A model generated the notes under the pieces. The model did not search any database and was not told the origin of the DNA. It worked only from the letters and a program-made list of their open reading frames with translations. 64,000 nucleotides of DNA, from the NCBI GenBank assembly GCA_963783385.1, contig CAWANJ010000009.1, positions 288,001 through 352,000 of the forward strand, read 5' to 3'. This document shows positions 9,452 to 18,099 of this stretch, piece by piece. The DNA is from an uncultured Gemmatimonadales bacterium (GTDB lineage Bacteria > Gemmatimonadota > Gemmatimonadetes > Palauibacterales > Palauibacteraceae). The number at the start of each line of letters is the position of its first letter. The stretch's first letter is position 1. The translations under genes and the position numbers were made by a program.

Positions 9452-10432
9452 TCAGCCCGTGATGCGGGGCGCGGCCCGGGCTCGCAGCCGACCCGTGATG
9501 CGCTCGGCGATCGCGGGCGTCGTTCCCCGCTCCTCCCACAACCCCAGCTCGCGGCCGGCGAGCGGGAAGTGCCGGTTGGCGGCGGCCTGCAGGGCCGTGC
9601 CGGGATCGGGCTCGGAGTCGACCAGGAGCACCTGGCGCCGCACCTGCTTGGCACGCCGGAGGGCCAGCTCGCCGGTGGGGTCCCTGGAGGCCGCAGGCGA
9701 TTCCGATCCCCAGATCAGGTAGCCGGCCGTGTGCTCGAAGGCGTGACGGAAGTAGAACTCCGTCTCGGCCCCCTCCAGGTCCCATCTCGAGTTGTCGATC
9801 ACCGTGTCGAACAGGTTCTGCCACGGCTGGTAGTCGGCCAGGCGGATCATCCCCCGGAAAATGCGCCGGTTGGTCCTGAAGCTGAACAGCGTGCTCGCCA
9901 GCACGCTGTTCAGGAGCTCATCCACGCGCGAATGGTCGAACTCCATGACCAGGCTCCGGGCGAGGCGCGTGTAGTCGGAGCCCACCGCCGCGTCCATCCT
10001 GTGCTCCCAGTAGGAGTGGCCCAGGGCCCGGGTCGAGGACGTGAGCAGCAGCATGCGAGGAACGAAGGATTCGTGCGCCACGACGTCTGCGGCCAGGTGA
10101 CAGAGGTAGCCGAGCGCTCCGGCCTGCAGGGCGGCGTCGTCCTCGGCGGCCTCCAGCATCTCCTCGCCGATGTGCCACGCGTGCGGGTGCCGGTCCATGG
10201 GGGCGTAGCGCTTGGCCATGGAGATGTCGGCGGCCAGGTTACCGTACAGGAACTCGAGGGCGTGCTCGGAGAGGAGGCCGGCCAGGGAGGCCGGCAGCAG
10301 CTCCAGCGACCGGAGCACCTCCAGGCCCAGGAAGACGTGAGTGCCGGGTCCCCATGCGAACAGGGCGTGCGGCTGGGCGAACAGCAGCAGCGCGGCCAGG
10401 AGCGTCCCGGCCACGACCACCTTACGGCTCAC
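9452..10432 (-). CDS. Zinc-dependent phospholipase C family protein
   Basis: Signal peptide followed by AWGPGTH (mature N-terminal Trp/His Zn ligands), ADIS, HAWH, GYLCHLAADVVAH, HSYWE. Confidence 0.8.
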   Translation of the reverse strand: MSRKVVVAGTLLAALLLFAQPHALFAWGPGTHVFLGLEVLRSLELLPASLAGLLSEHALEFLYGNLAADISMAKRYAPMDRHPHAWHIGEEMLEAAEDDAALQAGALGYLCHLAADVVAHESFVPRMLLLTSSTRALGHSYWEHRMDAAVGSDYTRLARSLVMEFDHSRVDELLNSVLASTLFSFRTNRRIFRGMIRLADYQPWQNLFDTVIDNSRWDLEGAETEFYFRHAFEHTAGYLIWGSESPAASRDPTGELALRRAKQVRRQVLLVDSEPDPGTALQAAANRHFPLAGRELGLWEERGTTPAIAERITGRLRARAAPRITG

Positions 10433-10447
10433 CCGGACCTCCCCGGA

Positions 10448-10903
10448 TCACGCCGACCTGCGCCCGGACGACCCGCGCTTGCCCCCCCGTCCCCGGCGGG
10501 CCCCGCGCAGAGCGCGCAGCACGGAGGCCGTCGACACGAAGGTCTCCTCGGCCTCCTCCTGGACGACGGCCAGCAGCCCGTTGATCTCCGCGGCACGCTC
10601 CTCGGCCATGGCCAGGATCTCCTCCACCGACTCGGTGGCCCGCTCGACGGCGCGTCCCACGTTCTGGACGTCCATCCGCAGGGAGGACGTCACGAACCGC
10701 ATGTCGTCGGTGGCATCCCCCAGGTGCTCGAGGACGGGCTCGAGTCGGTCCTCGGTGACGCCGAGGATCTTGTCGATGCGGCGCACCATGCCGTCGAAGC
10801 GCCGCAGGGCCGGCAGCGCCCGGACGAGCGCCGCCATGACGCCCACCGTGACGACGATCCACAGCCCCAGGGCTATGATGCCGAGGACACGAAGCACGTC
10901 CAA
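10448..10903 (-). CDS. DUF948-like membrane-anchored coiled-coil protein
   Basis: GGAGG RBS before TTG at 10903; N-terminal TM helix, heptad-rich body, LLAVVQEEAEETFVSTAS tail. Confidence 0.72.
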   Translation of the reverse strand: MDVLRVLGIIALGLWIVVTVGVMAALVRALPALRRFDGMVRRIDKILGVTEDRLEPVLEHLGDATDDMRFVTSSLRMDVQNVGRAVERATESVEEILAMAEERAAEINGLLAVVQEEAEETFVSTASVLRALRGARRGRGGKRGSSGRRSA

Positions 10904-11068
10904 CGGTCCTCCCGGTGCTCGGAGTCTTCCCGGGCCGCCCGCTCGGGGGCCGCGGCGAGATCGAAGCGTGCCGCTTCCGGCCCGCTCCAACCCAATCTAC
11001 GTCCATGGGTTCCCGAGTGCAGGATCCCTGCCGCGGCGGTCTAGACGCCGTCGGTGCCGGTCACGAGC

Positions 11069-12265
11069 TCAGCCCCGTCGGACCAGGAGCTGGCGGATGA
11101 TGGGGGGTCCCACGGCCTCGCTCACCGTGACTCCGAGGACGACCGTGGCGAAGAACAGGTCGAGGGCGTGGCCCCCGGAGCCTCCCAGGATGTGGCGAAT
11201 CGACACGGCCATGGCGATCGACAGGCCGCCCTGCGCCAGCAGGCCGAGTCCCAGGGCCGGGGTGCGCTGACTGGAGGGCAGGGCGGGGAGGACCGCGAGC
11301 CCGCCGGCGAGCTTGGCGCCCGCTCGCAGCACGACGTAAGCGAGCACCAGAGGTACGACCTCCCACCCGGGCCAGCGCAGGAGGGCGCCCGACAGGAGCA
11401 GGAAGACGACGTGCACGGGCTTCTCCCACCGGACGAGGGCGTCCTGGAGCCGGCGGCTGGCGGGCGAGGCGCGCGCCACGAACACGCCGGCGACCGCGCT
11501 CCCGAACAGGGCCGACAGGTGGAAGAATGCCTGCGTTCCGGCCGCAAGGAGGCCCAGGCCGATCAGGAACAGGACCATCTCGGGGCGGCGCGGTCGGACG
11601 CGGAGGAGGGACACGAGCAGCCAGCCCGCGAGCACGCCGAGCAGCACGGAGGTGAGCAGCCAGCGCACGACCGGAGGCGCGAAGCCTCCCGGGGAGGTGT
11701 GGGGGTGGAGGACGGCGAGCACGACGGCCAGCGCGCCCAGCCCGACGGCCCCATCCAGGCTCCCGGCCACGGACAGGATGCGGGAGAGACCGCCCCGCAC
11801 GGGTGCCGAGCCGAACACGATGGCCAGCCCCGTCGGCGTCGATATGGCGGCGATGGCCGCCGTGCACAGCACGAGGAGCGTGGCCTCTTCACCCGCCCCC
11901 GGGATGCCGCCGACCAACCCGAGTCCGACGGCGGCGAGGAGCGCGAAGGCCACCACCGCCTGGGCCGTGGCTCCCGCCACCTCCGCGGGCCGCAGCGTCG
12001 CCATGACGCTGGAGTCGAATTGCATGCCGAACATGAGGCCGATCCAGCCGAGCCCGAGGACGATGGCGGGAGAGAAGGCGTCCAATAGACCGGGCCCCAG
12101 GAGGTCGGCGCCGTTCGGGCCGAGCAGGAAGCCGACCAGGAGGAAGTGCGTACCGGTGGAGAGGACGAGTCGGATCGACACGGGCGCCCGATCCGCCCGG
12201 AAGCCCCAGCGGGCCCCGAGCATTCCGAGGAGCGCCAGGACGAGCGCCGCGAGGAGCGCCCTCAC
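11069..12265 (-). CDS. Cation:proton antiporter (CPA2-like) membrane protein
   Basis: About 12 TM segments; LLVGFLLGP, LGWIGLMFG, EKPVHVVFLLLSGA, GLGLLAQGGLSIAMA, EAVGP motifs. Confidence 0.75.
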   Translation of the reverse strand: MRALLAALVLALLGMLGARWGFRADRAPVSIRLVLSTGTHFLLVGFLLGPNGADLLGPGLLDAFSPAIVLGLGWIGLMFGMQFDSSVMATLRPAEVAGATAQAVVAFALLAAVGLGLVGGIPGAGEEATLLVLCTAAIAAISTPTGLAIVFGSAPVRGGLSRILSVAGSLDGAVGLGALAVVLAVLHPHTSPGGFAPPVVRWLLTSVLLGVLAGWLLVSLLRVRPRRPEMVLFLIGLGLLAAGTQAFFHLSALFGSAVAGVFVARASPASRRLQDALVRWEKPVHVVFLLLSGALLRWPGWEVVPLVLAYVVLRAGAKLAGGLAVLPALPSSQRTPALGLGLLAQGGLSIAMAVSIRHILGGSGGHALDLFFATVVLGVTVSEAVGPPIIRQLLVRRG

Positions 12266-12615
12266 TCGTCCGTTTCGTCCAGCTCGGGAGCCAGCCCCAC
12301 GGCCCGTGTCACGGGTATCGTGAAGGCGATGCCCGTGGCCGGATCGTGCATGTCGCCGCAGATCTCGGCCAGGAGAGCGAGCGCCTGCTCGGTCTTCTCC
12401 GGGTCGTCGACCACGCTGAACAGCGTGCGATTGCGCGGGCGCGACCGCGACATCAGCGTCTGGAGGCCGGCGAAGATCGGAATGTCCTGGCTGAGCAGGC
12501 GTCCCATTCCCTCGCTCTGCAGCACGGTGGCCCCCGTGATGCCGAGCTCGAGGAAGCCCGCCAGGATGGGGTCCAGCTTCTCCTCTTCGTTGATGACCAC
12601 GACGAGCAGCTCCAT
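12262..12615 (-). CDS. P-II-like signal transduction protein
   Basis: MELLVVVINEEEKLDPILAGFLELGITGATVLQSEGMG...GIAFTIPVTRAVG (GlnB-fold pattern); GGAGG RBS before ATG 12615. Confidence 0.8.
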   Translation of the reverse strand: MELLVVVINEEEKLDPILAGFLELGITGATVLQSEGMGRLLSQDIPIFAGLQTLMSRSRPRNRTLFSVVDDPEKTEQALALLAEICGDMHDPATGIAFTIPVTRAVGLAPELDETDE

Positions 12616-12644
12616 GCAGCCTCCGGCGGAGGGGTCGTCCGCAC

Positions 12645-13109
12645 TCAGATGTGGTGGGTCTCGAAGGCGCGGATCGCGTCCACGACCTCTTCCGGCGTCC
12701 GGCTGGAGCGCAACGAGGAGCGAAACCGCGCGTCGCGTGTCAGCCGGGCGATCCGGGCCAGGAGCTTGATGTGCTCGGCACTCCTTCCGGGCGGCGACAG
12801 GAGGAGGAAGAAGAGGTGCACCGGGTCCTCGTCCGCGGCGCCGAAGCGCACACCGGCGGGGGCGATGCCCACCACGACGAGGGCTTCCTGCAGCTCCGCA
12901 CACAGCGCGTGGGGCACGGCGACGCCGCTCCCGAGCGCCGTGGAGTGCGCGCGCTCGCGCTCGAGTAGCAGGGACACGACCGACGCCGGGTCGCTCACCC
13001 GGCCCGCGCGCGCCGCCAGCTCCACCAGCCTTGAGAGCAGCTCCTTCGGCACCCGGTCCTCGAGCCCCACCCTCACCAGCTCCGGACCCACGTAGTCGCC
13101 TAGCTTCAT
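12645..13109 (-). CDS. PTS EIIA (Fru/Mtl/Ntr-type) domain protein
   Basis: LERERAHSTALGSGVAVPHA (phospho-His motif), GVRFGAADEDPVHLFFLL, EHIKLLARIARL. Confidence 0.9.
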   Translation of the reverse strand: MKLGDYVGPELVRVGLEDRVPKELLSRLVELAARAGRVSDPASVVSLLLERERAHSTALGSGVAVPHALCAELQEALVVVGIAPAGVRFGAADEDPVHLFFLLLSPPGRSAEHIKLLARIARLTRDARFRSSLRSSRTPEEVVDAIRAFETHHI

Positions 13110-13162
13110 CACGCCTCGCAGCGGCCTCACAGCTGTGTCGTTCCATCCCGGCACCCGGCCCC

Positions 13163-13192
13163 AGCATAGACGACGCGGTGTCGGGCCGGCAA
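13163..13192 (-). promoter_or_regulatory. Putative sigma70 promoter TTGCCG-18-TATGCT for the PTS IIA cluster
   Basis: Reverse-strand hexamers at 13192-13187 and 13168-13163. Confidence 0.55.
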
Positions 13193-13211
13193 GGCGGAGC
13201 GGTCCGGCGCG

Positions 13212-13241
13212 TTGCCATGGTTTCGCGCCACCGCCTACCTT
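13212..13241 (+). promoter_or_regulatory. Putative sigma70 promoter TTGCCA-18-TACCTT for murA
   Basis: Hexamers at 13212-13217 and 13236-13241, back-to-back with the divergent promoter. Confidence 0.5.
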
Positions 13242-13323
13242 GTGCCTCCCGGGTCCGGAGGCGCGTGGCCTCCGGCGGGACGCGACCGATCCGGGTCCCT
13301 CAGCCAGGAGATGTCACCAGCGC

Positions 13324-14637
13324 ATGAGCTGCTTCCGCATCCGGGGGCCGGCCCGCCTGTCGGGCAACTTCCGTCCGGCCGGCAACAAGAACGCGGCGCT
13401 TCCCATCCTGGCCGGCTGCTTGCTCACCGACGAGGCGGTCGAGCTCGAGAACGTGCCCGACATCCGGGATGTCCGCACGCTGTGCGACCTCCTCGCGGCC
13501 CTGGGCGCGGAGGTCCGGTGGACGGGCGAGCACACGGTGCAGGTGCGGGCCGCCGAGGTCTCGAAGGGAACGCTGGACCCGGAGCTCGCGGGCCGGATCC
13601 GCGCCTCCGTCCTGCTCGCGGGACCGCTGCTCGCCCGGCGCGGAGAGGTTCGCCTGCCTCCCCCCGGAGGCGACGTGATCGGGCGCCGACGGCTGGACAC
13701 CCACTTCCTGGCCCTGGGCCGACTCGGTGCCGAGGTGGAGGCCGGGGACGCCTACTACCTGAGGAGCCCGGGTCTCCGGGGCGCACGCATCTTCCTCGAC
13801 GAGCCCTCGGTCACGGGCACGGAGAACGCCATCCTGGCGGCCGTGACCGCCCGAGGGACGACCGAGTTGAGGAACGCCGCGGCCGAGCCCCACGTCCAGG
13901 ACTTGTGCCGCTTCCTGATCACGCTGGGCGCGAGCATCGAGGGAATCGGGACCCATACGCTGCGCATCGAGGGCCGCGAGCGGCTGTCGGGCGGGCGCTT
14001 CCGCCTGGGTCCCGATCACATCGAGGTCGGGAGCCTGCTGGGACTGGCCGCCGCCACCCGCTCCCCGCTCGTGATCGAGGACGTGCCCGCCGACACGATG
14101 GACCCGCTGCGGGTGGGCTTCGAGAAGCTCGGCGTGCACTTCGATCTTCGCGACGGAGACCTGCACATCCCGGCCGACCAGGCGCTGGAGATCCAGGCGG
14201 ACCTGGGCGACCAGATCCCGAAGATCGATGACGGGCCGTGGCCGGCGTTCCCGGCCGACCTCATCAGTATCGCCCTCGTGGTGGCGACCCAGTGCCGGGG
14301 GACGATCCTCATCCACGAGAAGATGTTCGAGTCCCGTATGTTCTTCGTGGACAAGCTCATCTCCATGGGCGCCCGCATCGTGCTGTGCGACCCACACCGT
14401 GCCGTGGTCGTCGGCCCCTCCCGCCTGCGCGGCCAGGTCCTGGAGAGCCCCGACATCCGGGCCGGCATGGCGCTGGTCATCGCGGCGCTGGCCGCCGAAG
14501 GGGAGAGCGAGATCCACAACATCCGCCAGATCGAGAGGGGGTACGAGGCCATCGGCAGGCGGCTACGGGCGCTGGGCGCCGAGGTGCACCGCGAGCCCGG
14601 GCCCGAGGGGGGAGGGGCCGAGTGGACGGGAACCTGA
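13324..14637 (+). CDS. murA: UDP-N-acetylglucosamine 1-carboxyvinyltransferase (Asp-type active site)
   Basis: GNKNAALPIL, IRASVLLAGPLLAR, PGGDVIGRRRLDTH, SVTGTEN, HEKMFESR, PDIRAG, QIERGYE. Confidence 0.96.
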   Translation: MSCFRIRGPARLSGNFRPAGNKNAALPILAGCLLTDEAVELENVPDIRDVRTLCDLLAALGAEVRWTGEHTVQVRAAEVSKGTLDPELAGRIRASVLLAGPLLARRGEVRLPPPGGDVIGRRRLDTHFLALGRLGAEVEAGDAYYLRSPGLRGARIFLDEPSVTGTENAILAAVTARGTTELRNAAAEPHVQDLCRFLITLGASIEGIGTHTLRIEGRERLSGGRFRLGPDHIEVGSLLGLAAATRSPLVIEDVPADTMDPLRVGFEKLGVHFDLRDGDLHIPADQALEIQADLGDQIPKIDDGPWPAFPADLISIALVVATQCRGTILIHEKMFESRMFFVDKLISMGARIVLCDPHRAVVVGPSRLRGQVLESPDIRAGMALVIAALAAEGESEIHNIRQIERGYEAIGRRLRALGAEVHREPGPEGGGAEWTGT

Positions 14638-15428
14638 CTCCGGCCGTGCCGGCCGCCCGCGCGAATCCGATCACCGAGGTTCGCCGGACGGGCAGGCCCG
14701 GAGAAGCAGCGTTGTTCCGGAACCTGGCCTGGGAGGAGGCGCACCCCGGTCTCGCCGCGGGCATCACGGGGGTCGGGCCGGACGCCGACTACGGTCTCAC
14801 CACGGCGCCCGACCCGTGGACTCTGGCGGACCGCGTGGACCGGCTGTGCGACAGGCTGGGGGCGAGCGCGGCCGCCATGGTGCGGCAGGTACACGGCCGG
14901 CGCGTCGTGCCGCTGGAGGTCGCGCCGGACCGGGGGCTCCTGCTGGCCGGGACGGGGGACGGGTTGGTGTGCGCCGAGCCGGGCACGCTTCTCGTGTTGA
15001 CGGCGGCCGACTGCGTGCCCGTGTACCTTCTGGACCCGGCGTCCGGCGCTTTGGGGCTGGTGCACGCCGGCTGGCGTGGTGCCGCCGCGGGGGTGCTCGA
15101 GGCCGGGGTGGAAGCCATGTCCCACCTGGGAGCGGCGCCCCCCGACCGGATCCGCGTACATTCGGGTCCCGGCATCTGCGGACGCTGCTACGAGGTGGGT
15201 CCGGACGTGCTCCAGGCCTTCGGTCGCCCGGCATCCGCGTCCGGTCAGGTGGACATTCGGTCCGAGCTGGCCCTGCGCGCCCGCTCGGTGGGGATCCGCT
15301 CGGACCATCTGAGCCGGTCGACCTGGTGCACGCGATGCAGCCGGGACCAATTCCACTCGCACCGGGGTATGGGGGGTGAAGCGGGACGGATGGCCGCGTT
15401 CCTCGGGTGGGTCACGCCCGCTCGCTGA
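14622..15428 (+). CDS. pgeF: PgeF/YfiH family (polyphenol oxidase/laccase-domain) protein
   Basis: RQVHG, GDGL, TAADCVPV, VHAGWRG, GPGICGRCYEVG, FHSHR motifs. Confidence 0.9.
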   Translation: MDGNLTPAVPAARANPITEVRRTGRPGEAALFRNLAWEEAHPGLAAGITGVGPDADYGLTTAPDPWTLADRVDRLCDRLGASAAAMVRQVHGRRVVPLEVAPDRGLLLAGTGDGLVCAEPGTLLVLTAADCVPVYLLDPASGALGLVHAGWRGAAAGVLEAGVEAMSHLGAAPPDRIRVHSGPGICGRCYEVGPDVLQAFGRPASASGQVDIRSELALRARSVGIRSDHLSRSTWCTRCSRDQFHSHRGMGGEAGRMAAFLGWVTPAR

Positions 15429-15433
15429 GCGGG

Positions 15434-15462
15434 TTGCCCGGCTTCGGCCGAGCGCGTATCAT
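15434..15462 (+). promoter_or_regulatory. Sigma70 promoter TTGCCC-17-TATCAT for the rimP-nusA-infB operon
   Basis: Near-consensus hexamers with a 17-nt spacer. Confidence 0.65.
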
Positions 15463-15530
15463 AAGGCGCCGGCCAGGCAGCACATAGCTGTTCGGGGTTC
15501 GAGCCCGTCCGGAACGCAAGCGGTGCGACG

Positions 15531-15566
15531 AAGTGGGGAAGCCGTATGGGCCCCACTTTTTTGTTT
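15531..15566 (+). terminator. Intrinsic terminator/attenuator in the rimP leader
   Basis: AAGTGGGG(15531-38)/CCCCACTT(15551-58) stem followed by a T-rich tail, about 30 nt upstream of the rimP start. Confidence 0.75.
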
Positions 15567-15597
15567 GCGTCGAGGGAAGGCGTTGCGTGACAGGGCC

Positions 15598-16092
15598 ATG
15601 ACGCGAGACCTTTTTTCGGACATTGAAACCTGGTTGGAGGGACTCGGCTTCGAGCTCGTGACCTTCCACCGGAGGGGAGGACGGGGTCGGACCGCGCTCC
15701 GGCTGCGGATCGACCGTCTCGGAACGGGCCCGGAGGGTCCGGGCGTTACGATCGACGACTGCGCGCGGGTCAGCCGTGCGCTGCGCTCGTGGCTGGAGGG
15801 CCGGAAGGACGTGCCGGCGGACTACGAGCTCGAGGTGTCGTCGCCGGGCGCGGAACGGCCCCTGGTGCGGCCGAGGGACTACGAGCGGTTCGCCGGCCGG
15901 GAGGCCAGGCTGAAGGGCTACGCGCCCCTGGCGGGACGGTCCAGGTCCTTGCGGGGGCGACTGTTGGGAGTAGTGCCGTCCGTCGATGCCACCGTACGGG
16001 TGGCGATCGAGGTCGCGGGCGAGCGCGTGGAGGTACCGTTGGAGGAGATCGCGAGCGCCAACCTCGTCTACAACTGGGAGGAGGACCTGTAG
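15598..16092 (+). CDS. rimP: Ribosome maturation factor RimP
   Basis: LGFELV, LRLRIDR, VTIDDCARVSR, YELEVSSPGAERPL, DYERFAG. Confidence 0.95.
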   Translation: MTRDLFSDIETWLEGLGFELVTFHRRGGRGRTALRLRIDRLGTGPEGPGVTIDDCARVSRALRSWLEGRKDVPADYELEVSSPGAERPLVRPRDYERFAGREARLKGYAPLAGRSRSLRGRLLGVVPSVDATVRVAIEVAGERVEVPLEEIASANLVYNWEEDL

Positions 16093-16176
16093 GAACGGGC
16101 GGGTGACGGCCCGCGGCGGGCGACCGAAAGTCGGAGCGCGAGGCGACGAGCAGCCAAGAGGACGTGCGGAAGAGAC

Positions 16177-17672
16177 ATGAGCGACAAGATCCCGGTCGTG
16201 GAAGCCTTTCGAGTGATGGCGGCGAACAAGTCGCTGTCGGAGAGCGAACTCCACGACCTCATCCGTGAGGGGATCCACGCCGCGCTGGCCCGGCGGTTCG
16301 GCGGGCCCGTGGAGGCGGAGATCGACATCACCGAGGACGGCGACATCGAGATCGTCGTGCTCAAGGAGGTCGTCGAGGAGGTCGAGGATCCGGCGCGCCA
16401 GATCAGCCTCGAGGAGGCGCGCTGGGACGATCCCGACTTCCAGGTCGGAGACCTCATGGAGATCCCGGTCGCGTTCGAGGATTTCGGCCGCAATGCCGTG
16501 ATGGCGGCCAAGCAGCGGATCATCCAGAGCGTCCGCGAGGGCGAGCGGGAGAAGATCCGCGAGGAGTTCAGCGACAAGCTCGGCGAGCTCGTCTCGGGCG
16601 AGGTCCAGCAGGTGCAGCGCGGGAAGATCGTCGTGATGCTGAATCGCGCCCCCGAGGCCGAGGCCATCATCCCGTGGCGCGAGCAGAACCCGCGGGAACG
16701 CTTTCGGCAGGGTGAGCCGATCCGCGCCGTGCTCAAGAAGGTCGAGGAGACGCCGCGCGGGCCCAAGCTGATCCTGTCGCGTGGGGACCCGGCCTTCGTG
16801 GCCAACCTGTTCGCCATCGAGGTCCCGGAGATCTACCAGGGCATCGTGGAGATCCGGGAGATCGTCCGCGAAGCGGGGGGCGCACGAAGGTCGCCGTTTC
16901 GTCACGGGACGAGTCCGTCGACCCGGTCGGGGCGTGCGTGGGCCTCAAGGGCTCCCGCGTCCAGGCGGTCGTGTCCGAGCTCAGCGGCGAGCGCATCGAC
17001 ATCGTGCCCTGGCACCCCGACCCGGAGATCTTCGCGCGCCGGTCGCTGGCTCCGGCCAAGGTCGCCAAGGTGATCTCGGACGCCGAGCGACACGTGATCA
17101 CGGCCATCGTCGACGAAGACCAGCTGTCGATCGCCATCGGCCGCAACGGCCAGAACGTGCGTCTGGCCTCCCAGCTGATCGGTTGGCAGATTGATTTGTA
17201 TTCCAGCCGGGACTGGATGGAGCGCGAGGCGGAGTCCGTCCTGTTCGGGGGGGGGTCCGAGGAATACGAGTTCGCGGATTTCCCGCTTTCCGAGCTCGAG
17301 GGGATCTCGCCGGCCTCGCTCGCGGCGCTCGAGGCGGTCGGGGTGGGCACCTTCTTCGACGTTCTCGACATGGATCAGGAGGATTTCCTCGAGGTCCCCG
17401 GGATCGACGCCGAAGAGGCGGAGCGGCTCGAGGGCCTCATCGACGAGCTCACGGTCGTCGATGAAGGGACGACGGGCTTGACGCTGGACCTTTCCTCCGC
17501 GGTTGCGGAGATCGGTGGAGATGAGACGTCCGGCGAGGCTTCGGGCGAGGCCGCCGACGGGGGGGACGACGGAGAAGACTCCGGGACGGCCGAGGACGAT
17601 GACGCGTCGGCCGTCGCGGTCTCCACCGAGGGCTCGGAGGAGGAATCCGAGGATGAGCCCGCCGGCGACTGA
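16177..17672 (+). CDS. nusA: Transcription termination factor NusA, split by a one-base frameshift at G6 run 16875-16880
   Basis: ORF 16177 encodes NTD+S1 (FGRNAVMAAKQ, LILSR, EVPEI); ORF 16938 encodes KH domains (GLKGSRVQAV, GERIDIV, AIGRNGQNVRLAS). Adding one G restores REAGGRTKVAV...DPVGACVG. Confidence 0.92.
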
Positions 17673-18096
17673 GGACCGCGAACTTCGCGCCCTCACGACC
17701 CTCGGGCTGGCCCGGCGGGCCGATCGGGTCGCGATCGGCACGCGTGCGGTTAAGCAAGCGGCGGCAGCCGGCGAGCTGCGCGTCGTCCTCGTGGCGGCGG
17801 ACGCGGGTCCGGGCGCCCGGAAGCGGTTGGGGGCGGTCCTGCGCCTGGAGGGCGTGGACGTCCTTCGTGTCGGCTCACGCCGGCGGCTCGGCCGGGCACT
17901 CGGCCGGGACGACCTGGTCGTGGCCGGCGTGACCGATGAGGGCTTCGCGGCACTGCTCGCCGAGCGGCTGCCGCTCGATCGGGGCGCGGCCCCGGATCGC
18001 CCGCGAGGACAGCGGGACGTGGACGAAAACGGCGCCGGCCGGACCCGACCGGAGCAACGGCGCGGACGGAACAGCGAAGCAGCGAGGCAAGGGTAG
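17653..18096 (+). CDS. L7Ae/L30e family RNA-binding protein (YlxQ-like)
   Basis: LGLARRADRVAIG, VVLVAADA, LGRALGR, VAGVTDEGFA; conserved position between nusA and infB. Confidence 0.85.
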   Translation: MSPPATEDRELRALTTLGLARRADRVAIGTRAVKQAAAAGELRVVLVAADAGPGARKRLGAVLRLEGVDVLRVGSRRRLGRALGRDDLVVAGVTDEGFAALLAERLPLDRGAAPDRPRGQRDVDENGAGRTRPEQRRGRNSEAARQG

Positions 18097-18099
18097 ACG

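Noticed and set aside
11041-11071. UGA at the antiporter end read as selenocysteine, or a frameshifted tail (RAELVTGTDGV*)
   Set aside because: No redox-motif context or convincing SECIS hairpin; the protein is already complete at this point.
15463-15530. tRNA gene suggested by GGTTCGAGCCC
   Set aside because: No acceptor stem, D-arm or anticodon arm can be built; kept only as a leader hairpin.
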